Virus record (IMG/VR): IMGVR_UViG_3300042535_000023
Coordinates: 18,192-82,191 of that record
DNA: 64,000 nucleotides
Source: a virus
Strand: one strand, 5' to 3'
Position 1 is the first letter of the stretch. The number at the start of each line of letters is the position of its first letter. The notes below the pieces were generated by a model. The model worked only from the letters and a program-made list of their open reading frames with translations, did not search any database and was not told where the DNA came from. Made by a program: the position numbers and the translations under genes. Shown piece by piece: positions 47,601-56,739 of the stretch.

Positions 47601-49200
47601 CTAAAACAACGTTCGTTTGTAACCTATTACTGCGAGCGTAACAACAAAATCCAGTCACTCCATATGAATAAGGTTCGCCAGGGTCAAAAGCTGTGTCTAA
47701 AGGAGGTGCCCCAGACATTTGATAAAAAGTAGCATTGGGCTTTCCTCCAAAAGTAGATAAAGGGGCGGAAACATCTATATTATAAAAAGCCAAAACATCT
47801 CCCTTGCTAACAAGTATATTACAATCTACTCTGTAGGTTACATGCCTAACTGTATAAATACTTGTACCAACTTCTGGTGGTATGACTTCTTCTGAAATTA
47901 CTTTAAATGTCCCATTTTTATGCGGCCGCAAAATATAAACTTTAGCAGTTGTTCCTTTATAAACTTTACCATTAACATATATCTTATTTAATCTGCCACT
48001 ATCATTTATAGGATGGGACAGTTCAATTATGGTGGCACCTTTATTAAGGTATGGTTCAAAATATTCTATGGCGCCGGCTGTGCCAACTTGATTACTGGCA
48101 GTCATAGAGTCAGCAAAATCTCTCCTACCGGCCTCAACATTGTATTGAAATGGATTATGTATATATGGAGAACTTGTTTTTCCATCATTAATTAAACTGT
48201 TAAGTTCAAAATATTTTAATCTTCTAGCTGCTGCGTAATCAAAGCCGGAGGCTGCCCGCTCCCCATTAAAAGTTGTTGAAACATCTACATTATTTTTAAA
48301 AAATCCTAATTCCTCCATAGCTGTGCCTTGTTCTATAACTATAGGCAACTGCTCTACGCTACCAGAATATATTTTTATTTTATTATAAAATGTGTGTTCC
48401 ACATCAACATAAGCATAAGCGCCTACGCTACTTTTACTTAAACTGTTAGCTATAATTTTTGATAATTCCCTACCAGTTATATTAATATTAGTCCCTAATT
48501 TTACTAACTCAGCCCCATAACCACCTATGTTAATATATAGCTCATCATTTACACCAGATGTTGTTGTATATATATCTTTAGATACGCCTGCTTCTATAAA
48601 TGCCCTTTTACCGGCGCCGGGACAAGGGTGTGTATAATACGAATAATAATCGCATTGATTATTACCACAAGTATATTTATTTATAGCATCAACTTTTATA
48701 TACTTAATGGCAAACTTGTCACCGGAAGAGCCATCAATCATTGGGTAAAATCTTAATTGATTTATATCCCCCTGCCATCTCTGACTTGGTCCTAAATTTA
48801 TATCATATAAATGCCACTTATCATCCGATATTAAATCGAACTCGTGCTCTTTATCTGAATTCCAAATTTCATCTCCTAATAAAAGCCATCTAACTTTTCC
48901 TTTTGTGGCTGATCTTAAAGGATTATTTGTAGTTAGTTTCATCATAACTTTTATGTGATAATATTCTTCAGCGGCTAAAGGCGAAAAAACATTCGTCCTA
49001 CCAATATAACATTCATTATCAGAAGCTGTCCCAAATAAGATACCTTGCCAACATCCATATAAAAAAACATTATTATAAATATCCCAACCATATACGTCAC
49101 CATTAATGCTAAAATCAGTAGTATATCCTACCAAACTATCATAGCGACAAAGGTCTGAATTACGTATAGTATTAGCATTTTTTAAGTAATTATATTTCAC
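41692..49200 (-). CDS. 2502-aa multidomain virion protein (CBM-like, LamG, discoidin-like domains)
   Basis: WHLYDINL...WQGDINQLRF CBM-like; SLYLNG...DFTMHWW...YLDEIII LamG; KGTVEFWFKP...HVALVW LamG. Confidence 0.72.
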   Translation of the reverse strand: MKYNYLKNANTIRNSDLCRYDSLVGYTTDFSINGDVYGWDIYNNVFLYGCWQGILFGTASDNECYIGRTNVFSPLAAEEYYHIKVMMKLTTNNPLRSATKGKVRWLLLGDEIWNSDKEHEFDLISDDKWHLYDINLGPSQRWQGDINQLRFYPMIDGSSGDKFAIKYIKVDAINKYTCGNNQCDYYSYYTHPCPGAGKRAFIEAGVSKDIYTTTSGVNDELYINIGGYGAELVKLGTNINITGRELSKIIANSLSKSSVGAYAYVDVEHTFYNKIKIYSGSVEQLPIVIEQGTAMEELGFFKNNVDVSTTFNGERAASGFDYAAARRLKYFELNSLINDGKTSSPYIHNPFQYNVEAGRRDFADSMTASNQVGTAGAIEYFEPYLNKGATIIELSHPINDSGRLNKIYVNGKVYKGTTAKVYILRPHKNGTFKVISEEVIPPEVGTSIYTVRHVTYRVDCNILVSKGDVLAFYNIDVSAPLSTFGGKPNATFYQMSGAPPLDTAFDPGEPYSYGVTGFCCYARSNRLQTNVVLDIDLGEKVNIETFGLVGGETTDYFEYNIASCLDVNWTVNLYNEKHTHVCSNYYMIVPEYFYHTSIAYGVSCLSDGIRTPDNGRIGDSYGLNADGLYTVGDVAYFFVNGDAEWQHNGANDYNRIPAERHEFGWPRTSASVRDYEFDPITFYITFPRGFTTNVHKSIMYFKESTNFKSFSLNTYLGDGKGLGNSIVPGYNFVPSYTEVVLDGIAYYRDTQYPDQLTTNFQAVLFNNPMPTILPIFDADGNCTNQSQVETAAHMNWNIIEHKFDDIECAGFCIHTTHHASTKMMEIELYSKFKTDPTLVDNASLIKSDYGEDWSSASFYDSQDNEIRAVIGDATKYFKLELESQSSFELQSIFCDVSAESKMKDCVDNILLEGSKLNSVGEINKVEIENVFDRPQDLHVGIPRDMSNYNALLYWSKLDSDESIKYPQVGAGGTINKNDDYSIRTAMGQVGINCNTYGLKNLIDGVNIYSKTDGVNWDHLGTFSHGDSIGFYNENSIKESSITIPIVSSTYWKIIPLQGESHVISVFPYYQDDYVEADRVYYSNTGGEDTVNQAQSRPSRGINLSTRILMNDITRIPVDVQWVNNTPAQSIDINNSYAKFNSTGLSEITADVELISDFTFDVHFYAVGISTATIDMNYYFYDAYNQLVCKVRLFSDASTSYKMMTIVSNNRDTFPSFEVTTFSRVTNSRLIIKRKNKNLVCLLDGTEIYNGYMTDSKIAKIKITNIGTLACKICGAPMLSNDSISGQRSVAFNLKCGDLIDTIKIRHINTFNTSFDIYVSNNNINYLKLGSATIGKHDTFYENSIAVDLKKAHNLSIVRNYGSLSNKYFITKDMRTYYSNSDVESPSKVIWNNPKPTLLLQFDAINFVDTSQNYYKISTVGTPTISGSTYKFPEGSLYLNGSSYLKVKYKSTDNTVEKLMLRTDDFTMHWWEKRAVGNKGIAISSVMSYSNNYGYSIIVSADIMYLASYYGGYGHYTFSMGAVTYDTWTHWALCRKEGKIYAFKNGILQNSGAFAISDFHQGTADEYFLVGYYYMWGDNSQNYFKGYLDEIIIIRGTALWTESFTVPSEKYTYLEDPEARWLRINLTCGDGVTRCIDKLGVYPDITTPYTRAGGYNCNWVDLGSKLTNYYITPINVALTATVSGSSYVTVSGSSYTVTNLSPANVNDGIKSIGSFDSCWGFLSSDEDPTLELTFDTIQNIERVVIYHGPGNDKAYYNIDYAVWTSSTASGEDFEKVLDIEDNLDLITSHYFSPVDAMRVRLKILNYAHGDDYIYNPDADVSLHLDGGFVSEFEVYTTSKGGEMSSEDHPIICINMKDFFSVTNYELISKSQFVKEGRLYYYKLWNEYGEFFSCSDSANNNPNKVSFATSAGNYLTFYSSAIKQLMSDSIEYIFSESTFLPVGSYTVTWESYGALKNNFIGLQFIGNKDIIELSASILGAGWVSQNSLLHISNEGYYIIKGVIHESTPYSWGVGIPVVKKRADKLKWIALTYDTATNYSYDNNTNHYGPHTVGNIRIYSDQKFDPVSYHWWWRSVLSTLSNDSLNVKESKRSLRVDYPTSSGIDLVEFLQGDNFDIDNNFSEMDLLSFWLYISDITAIDTTFGGIAFGSFKNNTPLGYYIKDFTNLNLVTGWNKIEIPFNNFDFTNPTKNNSTGRLDNNLNFMYRPFESIGLIYSGVGKSFYMCIDSFKIKRNYFEDTVHFGKGLCLTWNEFLEIPISNLTLNKGTVEFWFKPYCDSQGLDLYGNINSRTLFTLVNNNNDIVSLGIRSASWFEVGVGNAKTNYKIIYLHDSEKILPEFYISYKVPMHVALVWSNDGMNTDNGDTVRLYLNGVLVLASKDPWTIGDAKSVNLRLGGANTFLAYNNDAFGSAIFENLRVYDYCKTFFDIEKQSPIEDSAITPNSFVELSKDGINFYKVSDGQFPFIFEQVPAGEKVPIFIRTNKDSSFKSCSKKTANLEITWVTPV

Positions 49201-49585
49201 TTTTTTTCCTTATAGAGCAAACATTATAAATGCTTGTTAAACAGTGTCCATTATTGAAGGACCCCATACACTTACCACAATAAACAGAGGCAGAGTTATC
49301 CTCTAAATCCAACTCTCGCAGCCTTTTATATTCTTGTTGTTGTCTTAAATCCATAGCAACCTTAGCTAACTCATAACGAACTTTGTTATATACTTCTGCT
49401 ATGGTTAGTTTTATTGTTGTATTACAATCTAAACAGGTGTATAACATATAAGCTTGAATAGTATTTGGATCTAATTTACCATCCACACTAACTAAATAAT
49501 TCATAGTTTTAGTATAAACATCTACGGTTCTTTTATGATCTAAAACCAACTCACCATTACATTTATCACAAGGTATTTTAAACAT
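49190..49585 (-). CDS. Zn-binding hypothetical protein
   Basis: CDKC, CLDC, CGKC...C...C. Confidence 0.6.
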   Translation of the reverse strand: MFKIPCDKCNGELVLDHKRTVDVYTKTMNYLVSVDGKLDPNTIQAYMLYTCLDCNTTIKLTIAEVYNKVRYELAKVAMDLRQQQEYKRLRELDLEDNSASVYCGKCMGSFNNGHCLTSIYNVCSIRKKSEI

Positions 49586-52500
49586 TAATATCCACTAAGG
49601 GCCTCATCTAAAGATGATAACATTTGTTGTAGTTCTTTCATTTTAGGGTTATTTGCCCAATACTTCCCTTCCCACCCGCCATATTTATTAAAATCGTCTC
49701 TGGCAATATCAGCATCTACTGCATATCCAATTTCATCATTTGGAAAATATTGAAAAGGATATTTTTTTAAAGTGGTTGGATAAACTAAACGACTAAGAGG
49801 TGAAGCAAAAGCTTTGCTTGTGGTCGCTCTAGCAAAGTATTTTGGATAAATAGCAAAAATTAACGTAGACATTATATCAAGCCTATCCATTAGTAATGAT
49901 GACCCTAAACTATATTGTGTGACCTCATTAAAATGCTTCATGTATCCTCCAAATTTTATTCTCTTTTTAGGATCAACATATACGGTTCCTACACCGTACA
50001 TAGCCTCCCCGTAACCTGTAGTATTTATAGTGTCACCAAAAACTTTTTCCATCTGTATATACTCATATGAAAAAGATCTGTCACCACACCAGGTTTTCAT
50101 ATATGCCCCTTGAACAAACTTATGCCCCGCCGGACTATATGGAGATTGTTCAACTAATTCTGACAAAGGTGCTACATAAGTATTTTTAAAAGAACACGTA
50201 GAAGGTAATGACATTTTCATTCTATTATCAGCTAAAAATTCTCCTAATGTTGGAGGAAGAATTATACTCATAGACATATCATCTTTAAGTGGCTTCACCG
50301 CAGCATCAAACAATTCTTTTTGTTTTTTCTCCATCTGTATGGGTGAGCCTTTTAAAGGCTCTAATTCCGGTTGTATTTTTTGAACATAACGTCCTTGACA
50401 TTTATTAACAAAACTCATAGCCTCATCACTACTGGCAAGTATGCCTTTATTACGGTCAAAGACTTTTTTAACAATTTCTGGTTTATTATTTGAACATTCC
50501 ATGACGCCTAGTCTAGAATCTCGTTGCCAAATGGTAGATAATTCTAAAGGATTAGCAGATAAAAGGGCATTACTATCATCTCCTTGTGGTGCCATATCCC
50601 CATGGTTTCCCACTGATATATGATACATCCTTTCGTAGGTATTTATATACTCTGTGGCGCTGGCCGCCCACTCCTCATGCAACTTCAATCCAGTTATTTC
50701 AATAGAATTATTATAATCTAAATAGCTACCTCCAAAGGCAAGCTGGGATAACTTTATCAAAACTCTATCTCTTCCGCCTGTAATTAAATACGCTAAGGGC
50801 ACAATACAATCCACTCTAACCTTTTTTAATACTACTGGTGCTGGCTTTCCAACTACTGGTACTGATGGAGAATCCATGGATAAACTATTATATAAACTAT
50901 AATACTCGCCAAAATATGGCTCATCCGATGAATAGCCAGAGGATGCTTCTGGGGCGTATACACCGACGGCCGGCACATGATACAAAACTGCGGGCTTCAT
51001 CCTTATATTCCCATCAGCATCCCGTAACACATTCCCATTAGCATCTAATAAAGGCTCTTCCTCCTGATAGCCATATTTAAATTCTAACACAACCCTAGAA
51101 ATAGTTTTTACTTTCTTACCAAAAGTAAATGTGAAATAAAGAAAGTCTGCGCTAGACGTATAAGTACTTGCTGCACCACCTTGTGGTGATTGATCTACTA
51201 AAGGGGGCCAAGCACTGTCAAAAAAACTACTTCCTGCTGTTATATATGCATCAAATTCTACAACTTCTTCTAATATTTTAGGAAAAAATGGGAAACCTGA
51301 TGCAAATACCTCTACCTTTAGGCCTGTTTTAAAATACTTATAATCATAGACGCTAGGATTATCTTCTTGTCTGTTTTGTTTTACAGAATTAGCATCAGAG
51401 ATGGCATCAGATCCATTATCAAATAAAGAAACGCCGCCATACCAAGGATGTTTAGTACATGTATCGTAAAGACTATAATTAGGTGCTTTCTTATGGGCGT
51501 CGCCACCAGACCAATCAAAGTAACGTACTGGTCCATCATCTAATTGCATACCTGGAAGTCCAATATATTTGCCGTCTACCCCTCTGTTTGGCGCCACAAA
51601 TTTTAATTCATGTCTTCCCTCGTCTATGGTTCTGGTATACTCCCTCAAATACATATCATGAACATAACTTGGGTAAGAAACACTACAAAAAAGATGAAGA
51701 CCTACTAAATTACCACCTTCTCTTGTATATGGCTTTTTAGTGTCATCCTCGGATGAGGCTAGAAATAATGAGTCAAGTGAAATTAAAACTCTACGCTCCA
51801 AAGGCTTCCAATAGTCGCGCCAAGCCCATTGTATAGATTGTCCAGCCCCCATGCTCTTAAATTCATACCAAGGGATAGAATCCCTAAACATATAACCGTA
51901 ACCTTGGGGATAAGTTATCTGCTCATCTGCTCTTACCCTAAATACATCATCGAATCTGTATCGCCCTTGAGATATACTTTCATTAACACTAATACCATCT
52001 ATAGTTTCTGCTAACATATAACTCATGGGGTTTATAGTATTTTGGCCAACACCACTATCATACGCCCAAAAAGTCTCCTCTCCCTCTTTAGTTATATCTA
52101 CATCACCAAATGCCATTGGTATTGGCAACCACTTCCATGCTCTGGTTATACACTTCTGTGGACGAGTTTCATAATACTGCACTCTATCCATAGCTCTATA
52201 TGATCGTGCAAAAGGACGAGATGGGTTCCCAAACTCAGGCCAAAGCTCTAACTCTTTTTCCCATTTAAGTAATTGAGTATCTGATATACCAGATCTTATT
52301 TGGCCATACCCCATAAAAATATTTGAATCTTTTGGTGTAACTTTAACAGCATTAAACTTATCTTTTCCACAATCACAGGCGGTGGGTATATGACAAAAAT
52401 CACCGGTCCAGCCCATATACATATCTGGCCCCAAATACCTTAAATCATGCTGACCATGTTTATAATCCACATAGTTACCCATGTCGGTGCCTTCGGTAAA

Positions 52501-55251
52501 AACATCCATTACCTCCATGGCAGAATAGTCTTGGTTAGTTACTAACTCATAGGATTGGTATCCTTTACAAAAAGTATATGGCCACCATAAAGCGCCTATC
52601 GTTTTACTATCATGTGTGTATGCTGACTTCCAAGTAACGGTAGATAATAAATTATGGTCACCACATTGGGGGTCTCTTGTTTCTCTATGTCTCCCATTAA
52701 CGATGGTGGTACCAAAACCTTCCATCCTTAATACTGTGGAGGCATATTCCCCAGTTTGTATAGGAACCTCGCTCCACGTACCATGACATCTACAAGTAGG
52801 CAAACAAGCATAATCCTTATATTCCGCTGCCCAAGTATACCTCATCTCCACATCTGGGCAAAATGGTTGCTTTACCCAAGTAACCATCTTTGTTCTAGTT
52901 GAACCAACATCTCTACCAGATCTTCCTTTAAATGTCACTCCAGCTATAGTAGTTGCCACGAACTGAGTTAAAATATAAGGATTATTACCACTAATAAAAG
53001 GCTTGTTTAAAACTGATTGATTGTCGTAGTGAGTTGCTGCCTGCCAACCATCCCCAGGGTTTTCACCAAAACTCCTTTTTTGAAATATTGTTAAATTACC
53101 TAAAACAACATTATCTTTACCATCACAAGGAGTTTTATATTTGTTTATGTCTTTAGGATACAAAATAACCTCATTTGGAGATAGCTGGCCGTAGTAAGAA
53201 TGTAAAATAACCTCTAATGGGCAAAAACTCCCATCTTGATAATATATTATATACTCATCAGCTATCCAAGGTAAAACCGCGTTGGAAACCTCCAAGTTAT
53301 CTAAAGTTAAAACAATATAACCATCTGGTAATACTTTATATTCAGTAGGGCTTAAAGTATAAACTTCAGTAATCTTTAAATATAATATATAACCAGTAAG
53401 ATGAGAATCAAGAATATTTGCATCATCAGTTGCTACAACATCTGCGCCTGGCTGTCCACCACAAGGGTCTATATTAGTAAGTAAATGAAAGTCATAGTCA
53501 TTAAATACATAAGATACTGTTGGAGTAAATCCACCATGAGATATAGGTACAAATTCAAACTGAATATCTCCATTATCATTCTTATCACAAGCGAAGGTTT
53601 TCTCATAGTAAGGTAATCCAACTACAGCTCCCCCATCACCATTAATAGCAAAATTTGTCTGTACTACCATTCCGCCAACAAAGTACTTATTAAATGTTAT
53701 TTTATCATATTCCCAGGTACCTTGTCCTTTACTAAAAGCAAAAATTATATTTTCATTATAATAAGTATTAATATTTACAGCAAAAGTATTTCCTCCTGGG
53801 TCTGTAAGGTTGCATCTTAACTTTTCTGGGGCTATTATCGTCAAACCACTTAACAGTGTGTTTAAATCTTCTTTTAATTGAGCAAATTTTACAGGATTAT
53901 TCAAACCTAATTCTATATCCAGCATAGAATCATATTGATATAAATATGAGGAAAGTATATTTTTAATTTCAGGATCACTGCCATTTAAAACAAAAGTATT
54001 AGATAAATAGAAAGACTCCCCATAAATAATAAACTCTTTGTCTTCCATAAGAGTTGTTGTTTCATAGTAATTTCTACCATTTTCTTGCTCAAATGTATTT
54101 CTAATAATTGGAGCTAACAGAACATGTTTTAAATTTGAAATTAATGATGGATAATTGGGCCCCTGGTTACCTGCTTTTAAACCGGCGGTTATAGTGGTTT
54201 TTTCATAGCCTATTGTAAATGGATCAAAATTCTCTATATATACTTTTGTTACCCCCATTCTATACTCTTGATTACCATTACTATCAATCAAAATACTTGT
54301 TTTATCCGAGTCCCATCCATCCCAGGCGTATATATAAGCATCTGAAAAATATAACTCATATAAACCTTTGGTCCAACGTTCCTTTCTAATATAATAACGT
54401 AACTCGTGTATTTGTTCTGCTTTAACCTTATCCCCGGGCTTCATTTTTAAATCAGTACAATACTGCCAACAGACCCCCGTATAATTAGAACAATCAGAGC
54501 TTGCTCCATTACATTTATAATAAAAACGTCCACCTACTACTCCGCCATCTCTAAAATTTACTACTCCAAGTTGTTTACAATCACATTTTGTATTAAAATA
54601 AGCTATTTTTCCATCTGTGCCAGGAGCATACATTGCTACATCACCTTTCCACCAAGCACACTTAGAGAGTCTAGCTCTCTCATTTAAAATCTCATAATCT
54701 AAAGGGAGTCTATAACCTAACTCTTCGGCAATTAAACAATACTCTTCTTCTGGGAAATTGGTAGCTTTTCTTGTTTTTACATCTACATCTTCACTAGGTT
54801 TTACTATACCAAAACCTAAAATATAAGGCATATAACCAGCGCATTCTATGGAGGTACCCTTATTATCACAATCACCATTATTATATTTAGTAATATCGCT
54901 AAAGGTAAATGTGGGTATAGTTTTTATAAAACCCTTAGCATCAAATATAGGCTCACTTAAAGGTACTACCCAGCTCTTACAGGTTTTTACATTATGAACG
55001 TGCCTAGTTGGATCTGGGAGAATACAGCGATATTTTGTTGAGCCTGCTGCTTTATAAGCTTGGCATTTAATATTTGTGCCAATATTATTACAAAAAGGAT
55101 AGGTTATTCTTGTACGAGCACAAAGGTCAGCCTCTTCAAAACCATTATCTTCATAATAGCTGCAAACATGAATATCATCATGCCAATACTTACAAACTGA
55201 TGGCTCTTCGTACCAATACTGACAGGGGTTATACTGAACTGGATCTGGCAT
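49585..55251 (-). CDS. 1888-aa hypothetical protein with Cys-rich N-terminus (probable virion protein)
   Basis: Long open frame; dense Cys/Trp/Tyr N-terminal ~270 aa; no recognised domain. Confidence 0.65.
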   Translation of the reverse strand: MPDPVQYNPCQYWYEEPSVCKYWHDDIHVCSYYEDNGFEEADLCARTRITYPFCNNIGTNIKCQAYKAAGSTKYRCILPDPTRHVHNVKTCKSWVVPLSEPIFDAKGFIKTIPTFTFSDITKYNNGDCDNKGTSIECAGYMPYILGFGIVKPSEDVDVKTRKATNFPEEEYCLIAEELGYRLPLDYEILNERARLSKCAWWKGDVAMYAPGTDGKIAYFNTKCDCKQLGVVNFRDGGVVGGRFYYKCNGASSDCSNYTGVCWQYCTDLKMKPGDKVKAEQIHELRYYIRKERWTKGLYELYFSDAYIYAWDGWDSDKTSILIDSNGNQEYRMGVTKVYIENFDPFTIGYEKTTITAGLKAGNQGPNYPSLISNLKHVLLAPIIRNTFEQENGRNYYETTTLMEDKEFIIYGESFYLSNTFVLNGSDPEIKNILSSYLYQYDSMLDIELGLNNPVKFAQLKEDLNTLLSGLTIIAPEKLRCNLTDPGGNTFAVNINTYYNENIIFAFSKGQGTWEYDKITFNKYFVGGMVVQTNFAINGDGGAVVGLPYYEKTFACDKNDNGDIQFEFVPISHGGFTPTVSYVFNDYDFHLLTNIDPCGGQPGADVVATDDANILDSHLTGYILYLKITEVYTLSPTEYKVLPDGYIVLTLDNLEVSNAVLPWIADEYIIYYQDGSFCPLEVILHSYYGQLSPNEVILYPKDINKYKTPCDGKDNVVLGNLTIFQKRSFGENPGDGWQAATHYDNQSVLNKPFISGNNPYILTQFVATTIAGVTFKGRSGRDVGSTRTKMVTWVKQPFCPDVEMRYTWAAEYKDYACLPTCRCHGTWSEVPIQTGEYASTVLRMEGFGTTIVNGRHRETRDPQCGDHNLLSTVTWKSAYTHDSKTIGALWWPYTFCKGYQSYELVTNQDYSAMEVMDVFTEGTDMGNYVDYKHGQHDLRYLGPDMYMGWTGDFCHIPTACDCGKDKFNAVKVTPKDSNIFMGYGQIRSGISDTQLLKWEKELELWPEFGNPSRPFARSYRAMDRVQYYETRPQKCITRAWKWLPIPMAFGDVDITKEGEETFWAYDSGVGQNTINPMSYMLAETIDGISVNESISQGRYRFDDVFRVRADEQITYPQGYGYMFRDSIPWYEFKSMGAGQSIQWAWRDYWKPLERRVLISLDSLFLASSEDDTKKPYTREGGNLVGLHLFCSVSYPSYVHDMYLREYTRTIDEGRHELKFVAPNRGVDGKYIGLPGMQLDDGPVRYFDWSGGDAHKKAPNYSLYDTCTKHPWYGGVSLFDNGSDAISDANSVKQNRQEDNPSVYDYKYFKTGLKVEVFASGFPFFPKILEEVVEFDAYITAGSSFFDSAWPPLVDQSPQGGAASTYTSSADFLYFTFTFGKKVKTISRVVLEFKYGYQEEEPLLDANGNVLRDADGNIRMKPAVLYHVPAVGVYAPEASSGYSSDEPYFGEYYSLYNSLSMDSPSVPVVGKPAPVVLKKVRVDCIVPLAYLITGGRDRVLIKLSQLAFGGSYLDYNNSIEITGLKLHEEWAASATEYINTYERMYHISVGNHGDMAPQGDDSNALLSANPLELSTIWQRDSRLGVMECSNNKPEIVKKVFDRNKGILASSDEAMSFVNKCQGRYVQKIQPELEPLKGSPIQMEKKQKELFDAAVKPLKDDMSMSIILPPTLGEFLADNRMKMSLPSTCSFKNTYVAPLSELVEQSPYSPAGHKFVQGAYMKTWCGDRSFSYEYIQMEKVFGDTINTTGYGEAMYGVGTVYVDPKKRIKFGGYMKHFNEVTQYSLGSSLLMDRLDIMSTLIFAIYPKYFARATTSKAFASPLSRLVYPTTLKKYPFQYFPNDEIGYAVDADIARDDFNKYGGWEGKYWANNPKMKELQQMLSSLDEALSGY

Positions 55252-55574
55252 TATCTAAGGGTCTCTGTAGTCATAGTGAATCTACCTGTATTTTCATCTA
55301 CAGAGTAAAACACTTTGGTAGCCCCTTCATAATAGCCTATAGTTCTCTTTTCTACCCGCGCGGAATCTTCTCTTCCTGGGGCAACTGAAATGCGATTCTT
55401 GACTAAGTAAGCTTGTTTATTTGATAAATCCCAACGTCTGCCATCAAACATCAAAGTAAGGGATTGAATACTAATTTTTGGAACTTCTTTCCAGGGCATT
55501 TCACCTTCAAATATTAAAGTTCCATCTGTAAGGGTAACTATCCATCCTCTTGTAAAACGATTTCTGTTAATCAT
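55251..55574 (-). CDS. Hypothetical protein
   Basis: ORF coupled to the downstream gene; AAGGA SD. Confidence 0.6.
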   Translation of the reverse strand: MINRNRFTRGWIVTLTDGTLIFEGEMPWKEVPKISIQSLTLMFDGRRWDLSNKQAYLVKNRISVAPGREDSARVEKRTIGYYEGATKVFYSVDENTGRFTMTTETLR

Positions 55575-55590
55575 AGGGAATCCTTTTTCA

Positions 55591-56640
55591 TTATTTCATG
55601 AATACTACTTCTATATTAATCGGGGTGTGGTCTTTAACCCACTCTACTTTATATTCATCATCCTCATCGTACAAATCAGAACTTTTTATTTCAATGTATT
55701 TGTTTTCTTCTGGGAGAAAGAAATCTGGGGTATATGTTTTTCGGATACCTTCCTTGTTTATGTAAGGGAAATGTGCAGACTCATATCTCCAGGAAATACC
55801 TTTTTCATCCAATTGGGTAGCATATTTGGCCTCTATTTTAGAACGGAATTTTACTAAACCATTTTCTTTTGATTCATAAAAAGTAGGGGTTCCAAAAATG
55901 TTTTTATAATTTTTATTAATTACAGCCTTTTCAGATATGTTACAACGTCTAATTTTTTCGTTTCGTTCTTTTGTGGCTTCTTTTCCAAACAAACGTGTAA
56001 AATTCCTAGTAATAGTATGTCTATCCGTACCAACTTCTAAACCTATATCGTCCAAATTAAGATCACTATCAAAATATTTCTTAAACAATGTATATAGATA
56101 ATCTCTATGTAGGTCACATTTTCTACTTCTCATTGAAAGGTGTTGATTAAGTTTTAACACTGGGACTTTACAAACTGGGCATTCTGTTAATGTGCCAGCT
56201 CTTTCGGATACTTTTATACAGTCCTCACAATAACCTCTTCCTGCATGAGGTCTATTTGTTGTTTTACATAACTGGCATTCATCATAAAGTTGGGACCAGG
56301 CACCAAATCGTCTTTCTTGGATACCTTTTTTTCTATCCCTTACAACATTATAACAATTACCACATAACCCTTTAGCTTTATATACCTTATCATTTTTTCC
56401 ACATTTTATACAAACTTTTTCTTTCCAATCATAATTTTTATAAAAATTATCTCTATAACAATTTCTACATAAACCATTGGCCCTATGTTTAATTTTAGTG
56501 GTACCACAAATACTACAAGACTCATATTTCATAGACCACTTACCATCTAAAGACCATCCTTCTTTATGTCTTCTATTATGCCCACATATAAAAATATTAT
56601 CTTTTCTAGTTATTCCACCACACCCGCATTGACATTCCAT
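55591..56640 (-). CDS. Free-standing homing-endonuclease-like protein: tandem Zn ribbons + C-terminal PD-(D/E)XK nuclease
   Basis: CQCGCG...FICGHN; three C..C...G.C..C repeats; C2H2-like CPVC...HL; FRSKIEA...WRYE...YTPDFFL...IEIK. Confidence 0.75.
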   Translation of the reverse strand: MECQCGCGGITRKDNIFICGHNRRHKEGWSLDGKWSMKYESCSICGTTKIKHRANGLCRNCYRDNFYKNYDWKEKVCIKCGKNDKVYKAKGLCGNCYNVVRDRKKGIQERRFGAWSQLYDECQLCKTTNRPHAGRGYCEDCIKVSERAGTLTECPVCKVPVLKLNQHLSMRSRKCDLHRDYLYTLFKKYFDSDLNLDDIGLEVGTDRHTITRNFTRLFGKEATKERNEKIRRCNISEKAVINKNYKNIFGTPTFYESKENGLVKFRSKIEAKYATQLDEKGISWRYESAHFPYINKEGIRKTYTPDFFLPEENKYIEIKSSDLYDEDDEYKVEWVKDHTPINIEVVFMK

Positions 56641-56645
56641 AGCTT

Positions 56646-56732
56646 TTCTCCTTATTGAGATTTTTTAATTTTTTAAGGTTAGGTAGGATGAATAAGCATC
56701 CTACCAGCGTTGGCCAACGTTGTCCCTTAATT
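56646..56732 (-). promoter_or_regulatory. Candidate structured RNA leader of the endonuclease gene
   Basis: 9-bp hairpin GGTAGGATG/CATCCTACC (56682-56705), palindrome CGTTGGCCAACG (56708-56719), closing TTAAGG/CCTTAA; the hairpin loop is complementary to the AATAAG at the RBS. Confidence 0.55.
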
Positions 56733-56739
56733 CTATCAA

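Noticed and set aside
935-56375. Short plus-strand ORFs and nested alternative-frame minus-strand ORFs in the ORF track
   Set aside because: All overlap longer, motif-bearing minus-strand genes and lack recognisable domains; treated as shadow ORFs
56682-56705. Rho-independent terminator after the 533-aa gene
   Set aside because: On the coding (minus) strand the hairpin is followed by UAACCUUAAAAAA rather than a U tract
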